Shown piece by piece: positions 48,692-58,830 of a stretch of DNA of 64,000 bases. Position 1 is the first letter of the stretch; each line of letters begins with the position of its first letter. The position numbers and the translations under genes are program-made. The stretch lies in the NCBI RefSeq assembly GCF_042684525.1, contig NZ_JBHULN010000028.1:985-64984 (forward strand). The letters run 5' to 3'. Source of the DNA: Spirosoma soli (GTDB lineage: Bacteria; Bacteroidota; Bacteroidia; Cytophagales; Spirosomataceae). The notes below the pieces were generated by a model. The model did not search any database and had not been told where the DNA came from. It saw nothing but the letters and a program-made list of their open reading frames with translations.

Positions 48692-50659
48692 ATGGAGTTT
48701 TTACCCCTAATGTCAAGCTGGGCATGGATAATCGTGCTCGTTGTGGCTGTTGTATTATACAAATGGGTTCTTCGCTTTTTGTTCGGTATGGTCATCGTGC
48801 CCGAAGACCGGATCGGTCTGGTAACCAAAAAGTACGTACTCGTCGGCAATGATCGCGGTCTGCCCGACGGCCGGATTATCGCTACCAAAGGCGAAGCTGG
48901 TTATCAAGCGCAGGCGCTCGCGCCGGGACTCTACTGGTGGATGTGGCCGTGGCAGTATGGCATCACCATGCAGCCGTTCACGGTGATTCCGGAAGGTAAA
49001 ATCGGTCTGGTTTTGTCAAACGACGGAGCTGAATTGCCCACGGGTAACATTCTGGCTCGGCGTGTAGACTCCGACAATTTTCAGGATACCGAACGCTTCT
49101 TAAGCAGTGGCGGTCAGAAGGGGCGTCAAACCAGCCTTTTAACCCCTGGAACGTACCGTATCAACACCTTTGCCTTTACCATCACGATTGCTGATATGAC
49201 TGTGATCAAAGAAAACATGGTCGGTATCATTACAACCCTCGATGGTGCTCCGCTGCAACCGGGACAAATTGCGGGTCGGCAGGTCGAAGGGCACAACAAC
49301 TTCCAGAATATTGACTTCTTCCTGCAAAATGGGGGAAATCGGGGACTTCAGCCGCAGGTGGTGCTGGCTGGCTCGTACTACATCAACCCCTGGGCGGTGC
49401 AAATTGAAGAAATCCCCATGACTGAAGTGCCCATCGGTCATGTTGGGGTAGTTATCTCTTACATTGGTGAAGATGGCGTTGATGTAACGGGCGAGTCGTT
49501 CAAGCATGGTAATATCGTTCAACGGGGCTTCCGCGGTGTCTGGATGGAGCCGCTGGGACCGGGTAAGTACCCTATCAATACGTATACCATGAAGGTCGAG
49601 GGCGTACCAACCACAAATCTGGTGCTGAACTGGGCCAATGCCCGTACCGAAGCCCACGCGCTCGATCGCAACCTGTCGACCATTACGGTCCGTTCGAAAG
49701 ACGGTTTCCCCTTTAACCTCGACGTAGCGCAGATCATTCACATTCCGGCGGTTGAAGCGCCTAAAGTGATTGCCCGCTTTGGTAGTATGACAAACCTCGT
49801 ATCGCAGGTACTGGAGCCAACAATTGGTAACTATTTCCGTAACTCCGCCCAGGACTCCGATGTGATTGCCTTCCTGAGTACCCGAAAAGAACGGCAGGAA
49901 GCGGCCCGCGAACATATCCGCCAGGTGCTGGAGGTCTACAACGTCAACGCTGTGGACACGCTCATTGGTGATATTGTACCACCCGACAGCTTAATGAAGA
50001 CCCTGACTGATCGGAAGATTGCGCAGGAGGAAGAAAAGACCTACGAAACTCAGCGAATGGCGCAGGAAAAGCGGCAGGGGATGGAGCGGGAGACAGCCCT
50101 GGCCGACATCCAGCGCGAAGTGGTGAAAGCTCAGCAAAGTGTCGAGATTGCGCAACGTACCGCCGATGCTGCCGTGAAGAAGTCGGAAGGAGAGGCCCGT
50201 AGCTTAAAACTACAGGTTGGGGCCGAGTCGGAAGCTACTAAGATTCGGGCGGAGGCCAATGCTGAAGCACGTCGCCGACAGGCAGCTGCTGATGCGGAGG
50301 CTACCAAGCTGACCGCTGATGCCGAAGCCGAACGTATTGCCAAGACCGGTGCCGCCGAAGCTGAGAAAATCCTGGCCATTGGTCGCTCGACGGCCGAAGC
50401 GTATGAGCTACAGGTCAAAGCGATGGGCGAAGAAAACTTCACTCGCTTCAAAATCACTGAGGAAATCGGCAAGGGCCAGATCCGTGTGATTCCAGACATT
50501 GTCATTAATGGGTCAGGCAATGGCACGGATGGATCGATGAATGGACTGATGGGCTTAAAACTGCTTGAACAGATTGAGGAACGAAAAACGGGCAAGTCTA
50601 TAAAAATCGTTGACGTAGCGAAGTCCACCGATACTGTAATCGCTAAAGAAAAAGAGTAA
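48692..50659 (+). CDS. Flotillin/SPFH (band 7) family protein with N-terminal TM helix, four internal repeats of about 60 aa, and a long Ala/Glu-rich coiled-coil tail.
   Basis: N-terminal TM (WAWIIVLVVAVVLY), SPFH-like core, and AEAEA-rich coiled coil typical of flotillin/YqiK. Terminator at 50668-50698. Confidence 0.65.
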   Translation: MEFLPLMSSWAWIIVLVVAVVLYKWVLRFLFGMVIVPEDRIGLVTKKYVLVGNDRGLPDGRIIATKGEAGYQAQALAPGLYWWMWPWQYGITMQPFTVIPEGKIGLVLSNDGAELPTGNILARRVDSDNFQDTERFLSSGGQKGRQTSLLTPGTYRINTFAFTITIADMTVIKENMVGIITTLDGAPLQPGQIAGRQVEGHNNFQNIDFFLQNGGNRGLQPQVVLAGSYYINPWAVQIEEIPMTEVPIGHVGVVISYIGEDGVDVTGESFKHGNIVQRGFRGVWMEPLGPGKYPINTYTMKVEGVPTTNLVLNWANARTEAHALDRNLSTITVRSKDGFPFNLDVAQIIHIPAVEAPKVIARFGSMTNLVSQVLEPTIGNYFRNSAQDSDVIAFLSTRKERQEAAREHIRQVLEVYNVNAVDTLIGDIVPPDSLMKTLTDRKIAQEEEKTYETQRMAQEKRQGMERETALADIQREVVKAQQSVEIAQRTADAAVKKSEGEARSLKLQVGAESEATKIRAEANAEARRRQAAADAEATKLTADAEAERIAKTGAAEAEKILAIGRSTAEAYELQVKAMGEENFTRFKITEEIGKGQIRVIPDIVINGSGNGTDGSMNGLMGLKLLEQIEERKTGKSIKIVDVAKSTDTVIAKEKE

Positions 50660-50844
50660 GCATACTTAAAATGGCCGGTATTTTACCGGCCATTTTGTTG
50701 CAGGCCTAGGTACTTGTGCTGAAATGAACCCGCACGCAGTGACCAACTTGAATTTTTACTGCGTGCGGTGTTACTGCGATGCCGGTATAAACATAACCTA
50801 AGACATCTCAGGCAAGCTTACCCAAGTTTAAATCACCTGATTGG

Positions 50845-51270
50845 TTAGATCTTCTCCAGCCGTACGATGTCATCAGACGGTGAGAAGTCCGCTCTCAGTA
50901 ACTCCTTCAGTTCCATACAAGCTGTGACCAGCTCGGGCGCGAAGGCACCAGAAAGCAGTGTTTTTAGCTCAGGGGGAGACAGGTTAATCTGATAGTCAAG
51001 GAAGGTCATTGACCCGCCGTCTTCCTGGCCACTGATTTGAAAGATGGTAACGTACCGTCCTAGCGGCAAGACGGCCGAAACTCCTTCTTTGGCCAGGGCG
51101 GTGTTCATGCCCACTTCCAGGTTGAAGTTGACGCCCATGAGCCCTCGGTTATAATTAAACTTGTCTGGGTCCGTCGTGAGGCCGTAGGTAGCCGAGGGGT
51201 TAAGGTCATCAACTAAAAACGTGTACTGATGGGATTGGGGTGGCTGGAGTATCCACTCAAAGCTTGCCAT
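50845..51270 (-). CDS. Hypothetical protein (141 aa).
   Basis: ORF only. No recognisable domain. Confidence 0.35.
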   Translation of the reverse strand: MASFEWILQPPQSHQYTFLVDDLNPSATYGLTTDPDKFNYNRGLMGVNFNLEVGMNTALAKEGVSAVLPLGRYVTIFQISGQEDGGSMTFLDYQINLSPPELKTLLSGAFAPELVTACMELKELLRADFSPSDDIVRLEKI

Positions 51271-51712
51271 GAATCAAAATGACCAGAATGTGATGTGAAG
51301 TTACAAAGGTAAACACAGAGCACGGCAGTACCCAAGTAGCACTGTTTACAGGGGCCCTTCTTTCCTAATGTGCTTCATTAAACTATTATTGTTCAGGTAG
51401 TTACGTTCTAAGTTGGACCTATTCTGGATACAAAGGATACGATTTGATTCTCTGAAACGCGACATTGGCCAGCAGTTCATCTAAAAAGGCCACGGCTTTT
51501 GCTTTTGAAAATAGCCCAGTTGCAAAGTCGTTAATACCTCTTTTCCGTTATTGTCACTAGATGCTCCTTGCTAACCCTCTCAACGAATGGCTAACATTCT
51601 CGGGAAATAAGCAGGACAGCATACACTAGTTAACAAAAAAATAAAGCAACGTTTTATAATTAGTCTAAATAGCGCTTAGCTTTGCAGCACAAAAAGTTAA
51701 AGCAAGCTATCA

Positions 51713-52885
51713 ATGTTCAAACGTTCTCTGCTCTTACCAATCGTTCCTGTTGTTTTAGCCGTTGGTTTATCGGCCTGTTCGGAAGAAAATCCGATTGTTC
51801 CTCCAACTAGTCCGCAATTGCGTAAGTCTGTTGATTACGCGAAACTGACAGACACTACAACCTACGCCAATTTCTTCGTGGACGACACTGGCACTAAAAC
51901 GGTTGATCTCACAACAGGCAGCGCTCGGTTGTCGATGTTTCGGGCCATCAATACTTATAACGGTACGGCGGTTGGCACAGGAGCAACGCTTGATGCAAAC
52001 GTGCTCAAAAATATGTTTGCCAACACGGGCAGTCCATTTTCTGGAACAGCCAATGCTGCTTTAAACAGTTCAGGTGTTCAGTTGCGTAACGTAACGGCCT
52101 CGTCGCTACCGGCTGCTGAAGCGGAAAAAGAGCGTCAGACTATTGAAGCAGGCTTCCCCGCCATCGCTGCTGCCAGCAAATCTGTTTCGGCTACGGCTTC
52201 GGAAGGTAAAGCCGGTAAACTGGGTACATACCTGGTCGATGAAAAAGGCATCGAATGGGGACAAATCATCCAGAAATCCCTGATTGGTGCGTTCCAGATG
52301 GATTACATTGGTAACGTACTGCTGAGCGATAAGGGTCTTTCGGCTGACAATTCCACGTTGGTTGCTGGCAAAAAGTATACGCAGTTGGAGCAGAATTGGG
52401 ATGAGGCTTACGGCATTCTGACGGCCAACCCAATTTACGGCGCCAAAGCTACGGCAACTTCATCAGGCGAGAGCTTCATCGGTTCGTACATCTGGGAATA
52501 CAACAAAGAAGATTTCCCTAAAATATATCCCGCCCTGCTGAAAGGGCGCGCAGCGATTGTCAATAATGACCTGACGACCCTGAAAGCGCAGGCGGCTATC
52601 ATTCGCTCGGCCATGGAAAAAGCGGTGGCCGGCGCTGCCCTTGGTTACTTAGGCAAGTGGAAGACGGGCACAACCGACGCGGCTCGTGCTCATGCCATTG
52701 GCGAAGGTCTAGGCTTCATTTACAGTCTACGATATGCTAAGGTGAACGGTGCCGATGCTGCCTTTTCCGATACCATTCTGAACAACCTGGTGTATTCGGT
52801 TCCCAATGGTTTCTGGGGTCTGACAAACACAAAGATTGATGCCGCTGCTACAGCCATCAAGACTAAGTTTAACATAGCTGGATAA
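51713..52885 (+). CDS. Lipoprotein, probably DUF4856-family. First gene of a DUF4856-imelysin-HTTM-TonB receptor operon.
   Basis: Lipobox LSAC. Conserved gene-order context. Terminator-like hairpin at 52916-52950. Confidence 0.45.
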   Translation: MFKRSLLLPIVPVVLAVGLSACSEENPIVPPTSPQLRKSVDYAKLTDTTTYANFFVDDTGTKTVDLTTGSARLSMFRAINTYNGTAVGTGATLDANVLKNMFANTGSPFSGTANAALNSSGVQLRNVTASSLPAAEAEKERQTIEAGFPAIAAASKSVSATASEGKAGKLGTYLVDEKGIEWGQIIQKSLIGAFQMDYIGNVLLSDKGLSADNSTLVAGKKYTQLEQNWDEAYGILTANPIYGAKATATSSGESFIGSYIWEYNKEDFPKIYPALLKGRAAIVNNDLTTLKAQAAIIRSAMEKAVAGAALGYLGKWKTGTTDAARAHAIGEGLGFIYSLRYAKVNGADAAFSDTILNNLVYSVPNGFWGLTNTKIDAAATAIKTKFNIAG

Positions 52886-52956
52886 AATACGTAATCGGTT
52901 CACTATTAACGTATATAGAGCGGTGCTTAACGTACCGCTCTAGCCTTTTTTACGTC

Positions 52957-54120
52957 ATGACACAATTCATCGCGAAAAAGATTGCAGTAGTCGGTATGTT
53001 CCTTGGCTTGTTGTGGGCCTGTTCGTCAAACGAGAATACTGATTCCGTAACGCCAACTAACCCGACCAATCCAACCGATCAGGCAAGCAGCGACCGCAAG
53101 GCTATGCTGACTAACATTGCTGATAACATTATCATACCGAGCTACGCCAACTTCAAAACAAAGTTCGATGTGATGCTTGCTAAGTCGGATGCCTTTGCAA
53201 CCAAACCTGACAAAGCATCGCTGACAGATTTGCGGCAAGCCTGGGTTGATGCCTATACTGAATGGCAAAAAGTTGAACTGTTCGACGTTGGCCCCGCTGA
53301 GCAGTATACACTTCGCAATTTCTTCAATATCTACCCAACTGACGTGGCTGGTATTGAAGCGTATGTGGCTGCCGGATCAGGAACATTTGAAGTGCCTGCT
53401 TCTTACCCAAAACAAGGCTTTCCGGCAATGGATTACATGATCAACGGCCTGGGTCAGACCGATGATGCGATTGTGGCGCGATACACCACCGCTGCCGATG
53501 CCGCCAAACGGGTGGCTTATCTCAAGCGACTCACTGGCCAGATGAACGATATGTTCACGAAGGTGTATTCCGAATGGACAACCGGTTATCGGGATACGTT
53601 CGTTAACTGCACGGCTCTAAACGCGGGCTGTTCGACCTCCAAGCTGGTCAATGGGTATGTGTTGCATTATGAGCGCTACATCCGGTCGGGCAAGATTGGC
53701 ATTCCATCAGGTGCAATGACCAATGGTACACCCGCCCCCGAGAAAGTAGAGGCCTATTACAAGAAAGATCTGTCGTTGCCGCTGGCCAAAACGGCTCACC
53801 AGGCTTTTGTTGATTTCTTCAATGGCAAAAGCGTAAAAACGGGGCAGGAAGGTCCCAGCCTGAAAACGTATCTAAACGGGCTTGGGGCAAAAGATAGCCG
53901 CACAGGTACGTCGTTGGTTGACATTGTCAACGCTCAGTTTGCTTCCAGCACGCAGCAACTCAATTCGTTGAAGAATAACCTGTATGACGAAGTAAAAACC
54001 AACGATGCGGCTGTAGTGCAGGTGTACACCGAGATGCAGAAAGCCGTCCGGATGCTCAAAGTAGACATGACAACAGCTATGAGCATCACGATTACTTATA
54101 CAGATAACGACGGCGATTAA
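52957..54120 (+). CDS. Imelysin-family (peptidase M75-like) lipoprotein.
   Basis: Lipobox LLWACSS, about 390 aa. Assigned from position in the conserved cluster. Confidence 0.45.
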   Translation: MTQFIAKKIAVVGMFLGLLWACSSNENTDSVTPTNPTNPTDQASSDRKAMLTNIADNIIIPSYANFKTKFDVMLAKSDAFATKPDKASLTDLRQAWVDAYTEWQKVELFDVGPAEQYTLRNFFNIYPTDVAGIEAYVAAGSGTFEVPASYPKQGFPAMDYMINGLGQTDDAIVARYTTAADAAKRVAYLKRLTGQMNDMFTKVYSEWTTGYRDTFVNCTALNAGCSTSKLVNGYVLHYERYIRSGKIGIPSGAMTNGTPAPEKVEAYYKKDLSLPLAKTAHQAFVDFFNGKSVKTGQEGPSLKTYLNGLGAKDSRTGTSLVDIVNAQFASSTQQLNSLKNNLYDEVKTNDAAVVQVYTEMQKAVRMLKVDMTTAMSITITYTDNDGD

Positions 54121-54135
54121 CCAACCCTGAATAAT

Positions 54136-55485
54136 ATGCAGGGGTACGTTCAAAAAACAACGTCGGCGGCTCCGTTAGCCGTGTTTCGGCTGGCCTTCGG
54201 ACTCATGCTTTTCGGGAGCGTTATTCGCTTCTGGAGCAAAGGCTGGATTGACGAGCTGTATATCAAACCCCATTTTTTCTTTTCCTTCTACGGATTTGAA
54301 TTTATCAAGCCGCTGGGCCCGTATACTTACGGGCTCTTTGCGGTTTGTGGCGTGTCGGCGTTGTTTGTGGCGCTGGGGTTGTTCTATCGCCTGTCGGCGG
54401 TGAGCTTATTTTTGAGCTTTACCTACATCGAACTAATCGACAAAACGACGTACCTCAATCACTACTATTTTACTAGCCTGGTTTGTTTATTACTGATCTT
54501 CTTACCTGCCCATGCTTATTTTTCGGTCGATGCGTACCGTCGTTGGGCATTGCTCTCTGGTCAGATTCCTGCCTGGTGTCTAGATTCTGTGAAATTGCTA
54601 GTGGCTTTGCTGTATTTATTTGCTGGCGTGGCAAAGCTGAATAGTGACTGGCTGCTGGAGGCTTTACCCTTACGAATATGGCTACCGGCACGTAACGACA
54701 TGCCCATTATTGGTTTCTTGTTTAATTACTCCTGGATTCATTACCTATTTAGCTGGTTTAGCTGTCTTTACGACCTCAGCATTCCCTTTCTGCTTTGGAA
54801 CCGGCGCACGCGCCCCTGGGCCTACGCAGCCGTAGTCGTGTTTCACGGACTAACGGCCGTTTTGTTTCCTATAGGTATGTTTCCGTATATCATGATCGTA
54901 ACGGCGTTGATTTTTTTCTCGCCAAATTTTCACCGGATGCTGATTCGTCAGATTGGCAGATGGTTGTCGTTACCAGTTGCGTTTCTTAGCCCTCATCGAA
55001 CCTATGCGTTTCAACCTCTTACTCAAAAATTGCTGTTGAGCGGTCTCACAGTTTTCTTCGCCGTGCAATTGGTGCTGCCGTTCCGGTATCGGCTATATCC
55101 GGGTGAACTATTCTGGACCGAGCAGGGCTACCGCTTTTCGTGGCGGGTCATGCTCATGGAAAAAGCCGGATATGCCCAGTTTACGGTCAAAGACAACGCG
55201 GGTAAGCGGGTCATTGTGAATAACACAGAATTTCTGACGCCCTTGCAGGAGAAAATGATGAGTACGCAACCCGACATGCTATTGCAGTATGCGCATTTGT
55301 TACGTGATGAGTTCTCGCGACGTGGATTTCATAAACCTGAGGTGTATGTAGACTCATATGTGGCGCTTAATGGTCGTCTTGGGAAACCACTCATTGACCC
55401 AACGATCAATCTAGCGAACGAACACGACTCGTTTGCTCCCAAATCCTGGATTACTTCCTTCGATGACGAAATTTTTGGTTTTTAG
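54136..55485 (+). CDS. HTTM-domain (vitamin-K-dependent gamma-carboxylase-like) integral membrane protein.
   Basis: N-terminal LAVFRLAFGLMLFGSVIRFW. Multi-pass TM N-domain followed by a soluble C-domain. 449 aa. Confidence 0.6.
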   Translation: MQGYVQKTTSAAPLAVFRLAFGLMLFGSVIRFWSKGWIDELYIKPHFFFSFYGFEFIKPLGPYTYGLFAVCGVSALFVALGLFYRLSAVSLFLSFTYIELIDKTTYLNHYYFTSLVCLLLIFLPAHAYFSVDAYRRWALLSGQIPAWCLDSVKLLVALLYLFAGVAKLNSDWLLEALPLRIWLPARNDMPIIGFLFNYSWIHYLFSWFSCLYDLSIPFLLWNRRTRPWAYAAVVVFHGLTAVLFPIGMFPYIMIVTALIFFSPNFHRMLIRQIGRWLSLPVAFLSPHRTYAFQPLTQKLLLSGLTVFFAVQLVLPFRYRLYPGELFWTEQGYRFSWRVMLMEKAGYAQFTVKDNAGKRVIVNNTEFLTPLQEKMMSTQPDMLLQYAHLLRDEFSRRGFHKPEVYVDSYVALNGRLGKPLIDPTINLANEHDSFAPKSWITSFDDEIFGF

Positions 55486-57886
55486 TTTTTTAGCCATCTG
55501 GCTTAGTTCTTCGGCCGTGCTGGCTCAATTTCAGCTGTCTGGCAAAGTACAGGCGCTTACTGATAGCGTGGCCGTTACAGGGTGTACCGTATACCTCAAT
55601 AATGGCAAGCGCTCCACTGTGACGGATAGCCTGGGGCAATTCCGTTTTCTAAACTTGCCGTCGGGCCGTTACGTAATTCATACGAGCCACCCCGAATTTA
55701 AAGCGGCCAGTGTGACCACCAATCTTGCTGACCGGGATCTGAACATTGTCGTTATGCTACTGAGCCGGACCGAAACACTCAGTGAAGTTGTTGTAACGGA
55801 TCAGCAGTCAGACTTTGGATTTACCCGAATGCGGGGCGTTGAAAGTATGGGCATTTACGAAGGAAAGAAGTCGGAGGTGATCATTCCTGAACAACTGGTG
55901 GCTAATCTCTCGACTAACAACGCCCGTCAGATTTACGCTCGGGTAGCGGGGCTAAACATCTGGGAAAACGAAGGAGCGGGGCTGCAACTAAGCATTGGCG
56001 GACGCGGGCTAGACCCTAACCGAACGTCAAATTTTAACGTACGTCAGAATGGCTACGACATCAGTGCCGACGCCTTAGGCTACCCCGAAAGCTACTACAC
56101 GCCACCTGTTGAGGGAGTCGGACGCATTCAGGTAGTACGCGGAGCAGCTTCGCTCCAGTACGGAACGCAGTTTGGTGGGTTGCTTAACTTCGTTATGAAA
56201 AAGCCCGTTGCTGATCAGAAAATTGAACTCATTGCCCGGCAAACCGTTGGATCTTTCGGTTTTTACAACGCTTTCACCAGTCTAAGCGGCACTGTGGGCA
56301 AGCTCAGCTATTATACGTTTTTTCAGTACAAGCAAGGCAATGGCTGGCGGCCTAACTCACACTTTACAAATTATACCGCCTATGCCGACGTTGATTACCG
56401 CGTCTCGGAGAAAACGACATTAGGGATTGATTTAACCCAAATGAGTTACCTGGCGCAACAGCCGGGCGGGTTGACCGACGAAATGTTCCGGCAGAACGCC
56501 CGGCAAAGTAATCGGGAGCGCAACTGGTTTAAAGTAAACTGGACTATGCCTGCCCTGCATCTTGATCACAAGTTTAACTCCGGTAACGAAGTCAATTTGC
56601 GGCTGTTTGGGCTGTCGGCCTATCGGTATTCACTTGGCTTCCGTCCCAACCGCGTTGCCAGCGTTGACGACAACAGTGAGCGGGATTTGATCAAAGGCGA
56701 TTTTACTAACTGGGGTGCCGAAGCCCGGTATTTAAAGCGATATAATCTTGGCGGTAAGCAGTCGGTCTTGTTGGTTGGAAGCCGTTACTATCACGGCTTC
56801 AACCACAGTATTCAGGGGCTGGGCAGTACCGGAAAAGACGCCAATTTCAATTTCATCGACACTGACCAGGCCATATCGTCGGATTACCGATTCCCGAATC
56901 GCAACGTATCGGCCTTTGCCGAAAATATTCTGTACGTAGGCGATAAATTGTCAATCACACCGGGCCTTCGCTATGAGTATATATATACGACGGCCAACGG
57001 TTTTTACGGTACCATTACGCGTGATCTGGCGGGCAACATCATCAATGCGACCCGAACGAACGAGTTCCGCACCAACGGTCGCCAGTTTGTACTGGGTGGA
57101 CTTGGCATTAGCTATAAACCTACACCGTGGTTAGATATTTACGGTAACCTGTCGCAGAACTATCGATCGATTACATTTAGCGATATGCGGATCGCTAATC
57201 CATCATCGGTGATCGATCCTAATCTACAGGACGAAAAAGGGTACTCACTTGACCTAGGCGTTCGGAGCGTGCAAACGACCTTGTATAGTTTTGATGTGAG
57301 CGCGTTCTTACTCAACTACAACAACCGCATTGGCGAGGTACAATTTTACGACGAAAACGACCGGGTCCTGCGTCGTCGGGGGAATATAGGCCAAGCCATT
57401 ATTATGGGGGTAGAGTCTTATGCCGAGGGTGACTTGTTACGAATGGCCAACCCATTGAATACAAACCTAAGTGGAGTGGTGTTTGCTAACGTAGCACTAA
57501 TTCATTCTACCTATCAGGCAAGCGAAATTCCGGGCGTAGCGGGCAAACAAGTCGAGTTTGTGCCTAATGTTAATCTGAAAAGCGGGGTGCGGTTGGGCTA
57601 CAAAAACCTTAAGGCATCGTTTCAATATACCTATTTGTCGGATCAGTTTTCGGATGCAACCAACGCTCGGGAAGGGGGCGTGTCGGCGGTAATTGGCCTG
57701 ATTCCGGCCTATGCGATTATGGATGCCAGCGTATCGTATCAATTCCGCCGGTTTCGGCTCGAAAGCAGTTTGAATAACCTAGCTGACCGGGTATACTTCA
57801 CGCGCCGGGCCACGGGGTATCCAGGACCGGGAATTCTTCCGTCCGACGGCCGAAGCGTTTACGTAACCTTGCAAGTAAAGCTGTAA
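55433..57886 (+). CDS. TonB-dependent outer-membrane receptor with N-terminal carboxypeptidase-regulatory-like domain.
   Basis: Signal peptide, CarbopepD_reg-like N-terminus (LSGKVQALTDSVAVTGCTVYL), plug and barrel, C-terminal ...YVTLQVKL. Confidence 0.8.
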   Translation: MLPNPGLLPSMTKFLVFSFLAIWLSSSAVLAQFQLSGKVQALTDSVAVTGCTVYLNNGKRSTVTDSLGQFRFLNLPSGRYVIHTSHPEFKAASVTTNLADRDLNIVVMLLSRTETLSEVVVTDQQSDFGFTRMRGVESMGIYEGKKSEVIIPEQLVANLSTNNARQIYARVAGLNIWENEGAGLQLSIGGRGLDPNRTSNFNVRQNGYDISADALGYPESYYTPPVEGVGRIQVVRGAASLQYGTQFGGLLNFVMKKPVADQKIELIARQTVGSFGFYNAFTSLSGTVGKLSYYTFFQYKQGNGWRPNSHFTNYTAYADVDYRVSEKTTLGIDLTQMSYLAQQPGGLTDEMFRQNARQSNRERNWFKVNWTMPALHLDHKFNSGNEVNLRLFGLSAYRYSLGFRPNRVASVDDNSERDLIKGDFTNWGAEARYLKRYNLGGKQSVLLVGSRYYHGFNHSIQGLGSTGKDANFNFIDTDQAISSDYRFPNRNVSAFAENILYVGDKLSITPGLRYEYIYTTANGFYGTITRDLAGNIINATRTNEFRTNGRQFVLGGLGISYKPTPWLDIYGNLSQNYRSITFSDMRIANPSSVIDPNLQDEKGYSLDLGVRSVQTTLYSFDVSAFLLNYNNRIGEVQFYDENDRVLRRRGNIGQAIIMGVESYAEGDLLRMANPLNTNLSGVVFANVALIHSTYQASEIPGVAGKQVEFVPNVNLKSGVRLGYKNLKASFQYTYLSDQFSDATNAREGGVSAVIGLIPAYAIMDASVSYQFRRFRLESSLNNLADRVYFTRRATGYPGPGILPSDGRSVYVTLQVKL

Positions 57887-57953
57887 TCAAACAAGTGCCC
57901 ACATCATCAGTTGTTGCGAATAGCCTACTTTTGCATGAGCCAATTCAATTGAT

Positions 57954-58541
57954 ATGCGTAACCTTTCTGTCCTGGTGGCCCTGCTGGCCTTACTTACCTT
58001 CTCAAACGCCTGTCGCAATCGTCAGCAGGCTAGTGAACAATCATCTGACTCTACTACCGCAGCAACCGAGTCGGCTCCGGCTCCTTCGACTGAAGCGACT
58101 ATAGCCGGACGTATCGCCGAGCTTGGCCTCACTCCTGATAGCGATTGGCGCGGCATTAGTTTAGGTGATGAGTTCGCTAAGATCAAAACTATTGAAAAAG
58201 GGGAGCCGTTTGAGAGCGACGCCAAGCATGTAGGATATACCGTGGAGTTCAAGAATCTTGAATCGGCTGATATGCTATACTACCAGGCCAATCAGAAAGT
58301 TTCGGCAATAGAAGTCGACTTGTTCCTGAATTCTCGAGAATCGGCGACGGCTTGTCAGAAAGAGCTGGGCGCTTATTTTACCTCCCGCTATGGTAGTTCT
58401 AAACCCGCTGAAGGCGGCACGGTTTGGAGTGGCTCCCAAGGCCAAAGCGTTACGCTGAAAGACGTATCGAAAGGCAAGGATTTTGGTCTGAAAATCAGAA
58501 TTGCACCAGCCAACGCTATTACGACAGCATCGGCGAGATAG
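57954..58541 (+). CDS. Lipoprotein of unknown function.
   Basis: Lipobox LTFSNAC. 195 aa. Confidence 0.5.
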   Translation: MRNLSVLVALLALLTFSNACRNRQQASEQSSDSTTAATESAPAPSTEATIAGRIAELGLTPDSDWRGISLGDEFAKIKTIEKGEPFESDAKHVGYTVEFKNLESADMLYYQANQKVSAIEVDLFLNSRESATACQKELGAYFTSRYGSSKPAEGGTVWSGSQGQSVTLKDVSKGKDFGLKIRIAPANAITTASAR

Positions 58542-58775
58542 ATAAGATTTTGACTGACAGCTCGTGTTAAGTCAGCCGGGTTTGGCATAGTATACGTACT
58601 GACTATGTTATAGTGTTATCAGGCCGTTGACCGGTTGGAAACGCTGGTTGGGTTAATCAGTGGTTATCTGATACGTTAAGAGCGAACTAGGTAACAAACC
58701 TGCGCGAAAGATGAAAGATTTTTCAAAAGTGATGAATCATCTTTCTAGTGTTTGTAGGCAGAGTATGCTAACTAT

Positions 58776-58815
58776 AAAAACAAAAGCTCCGACCAATCGG
58801 CTGGAGCTTTTGTTT
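58776..58815. terminator. Bidirectional Rho-independent terminator downstream of ilvE.
   Basis: aaaagctccgaccaatcggctggagctttt with T-runs on both strands. Confidence 0.6.
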
Positions 58816-58830
58816 ACGAGTGCGATAACG

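Noticed and set aside
49139-50628. 258-aa and 165-aa minus-strand ORFs within the flotillin gene.
   Set aside because: Antisense to a strongly supported SPFH/coiled-coil gene. The Ala-rich frame is a shadow of the AEAEA-encoding GC-rich repeats.
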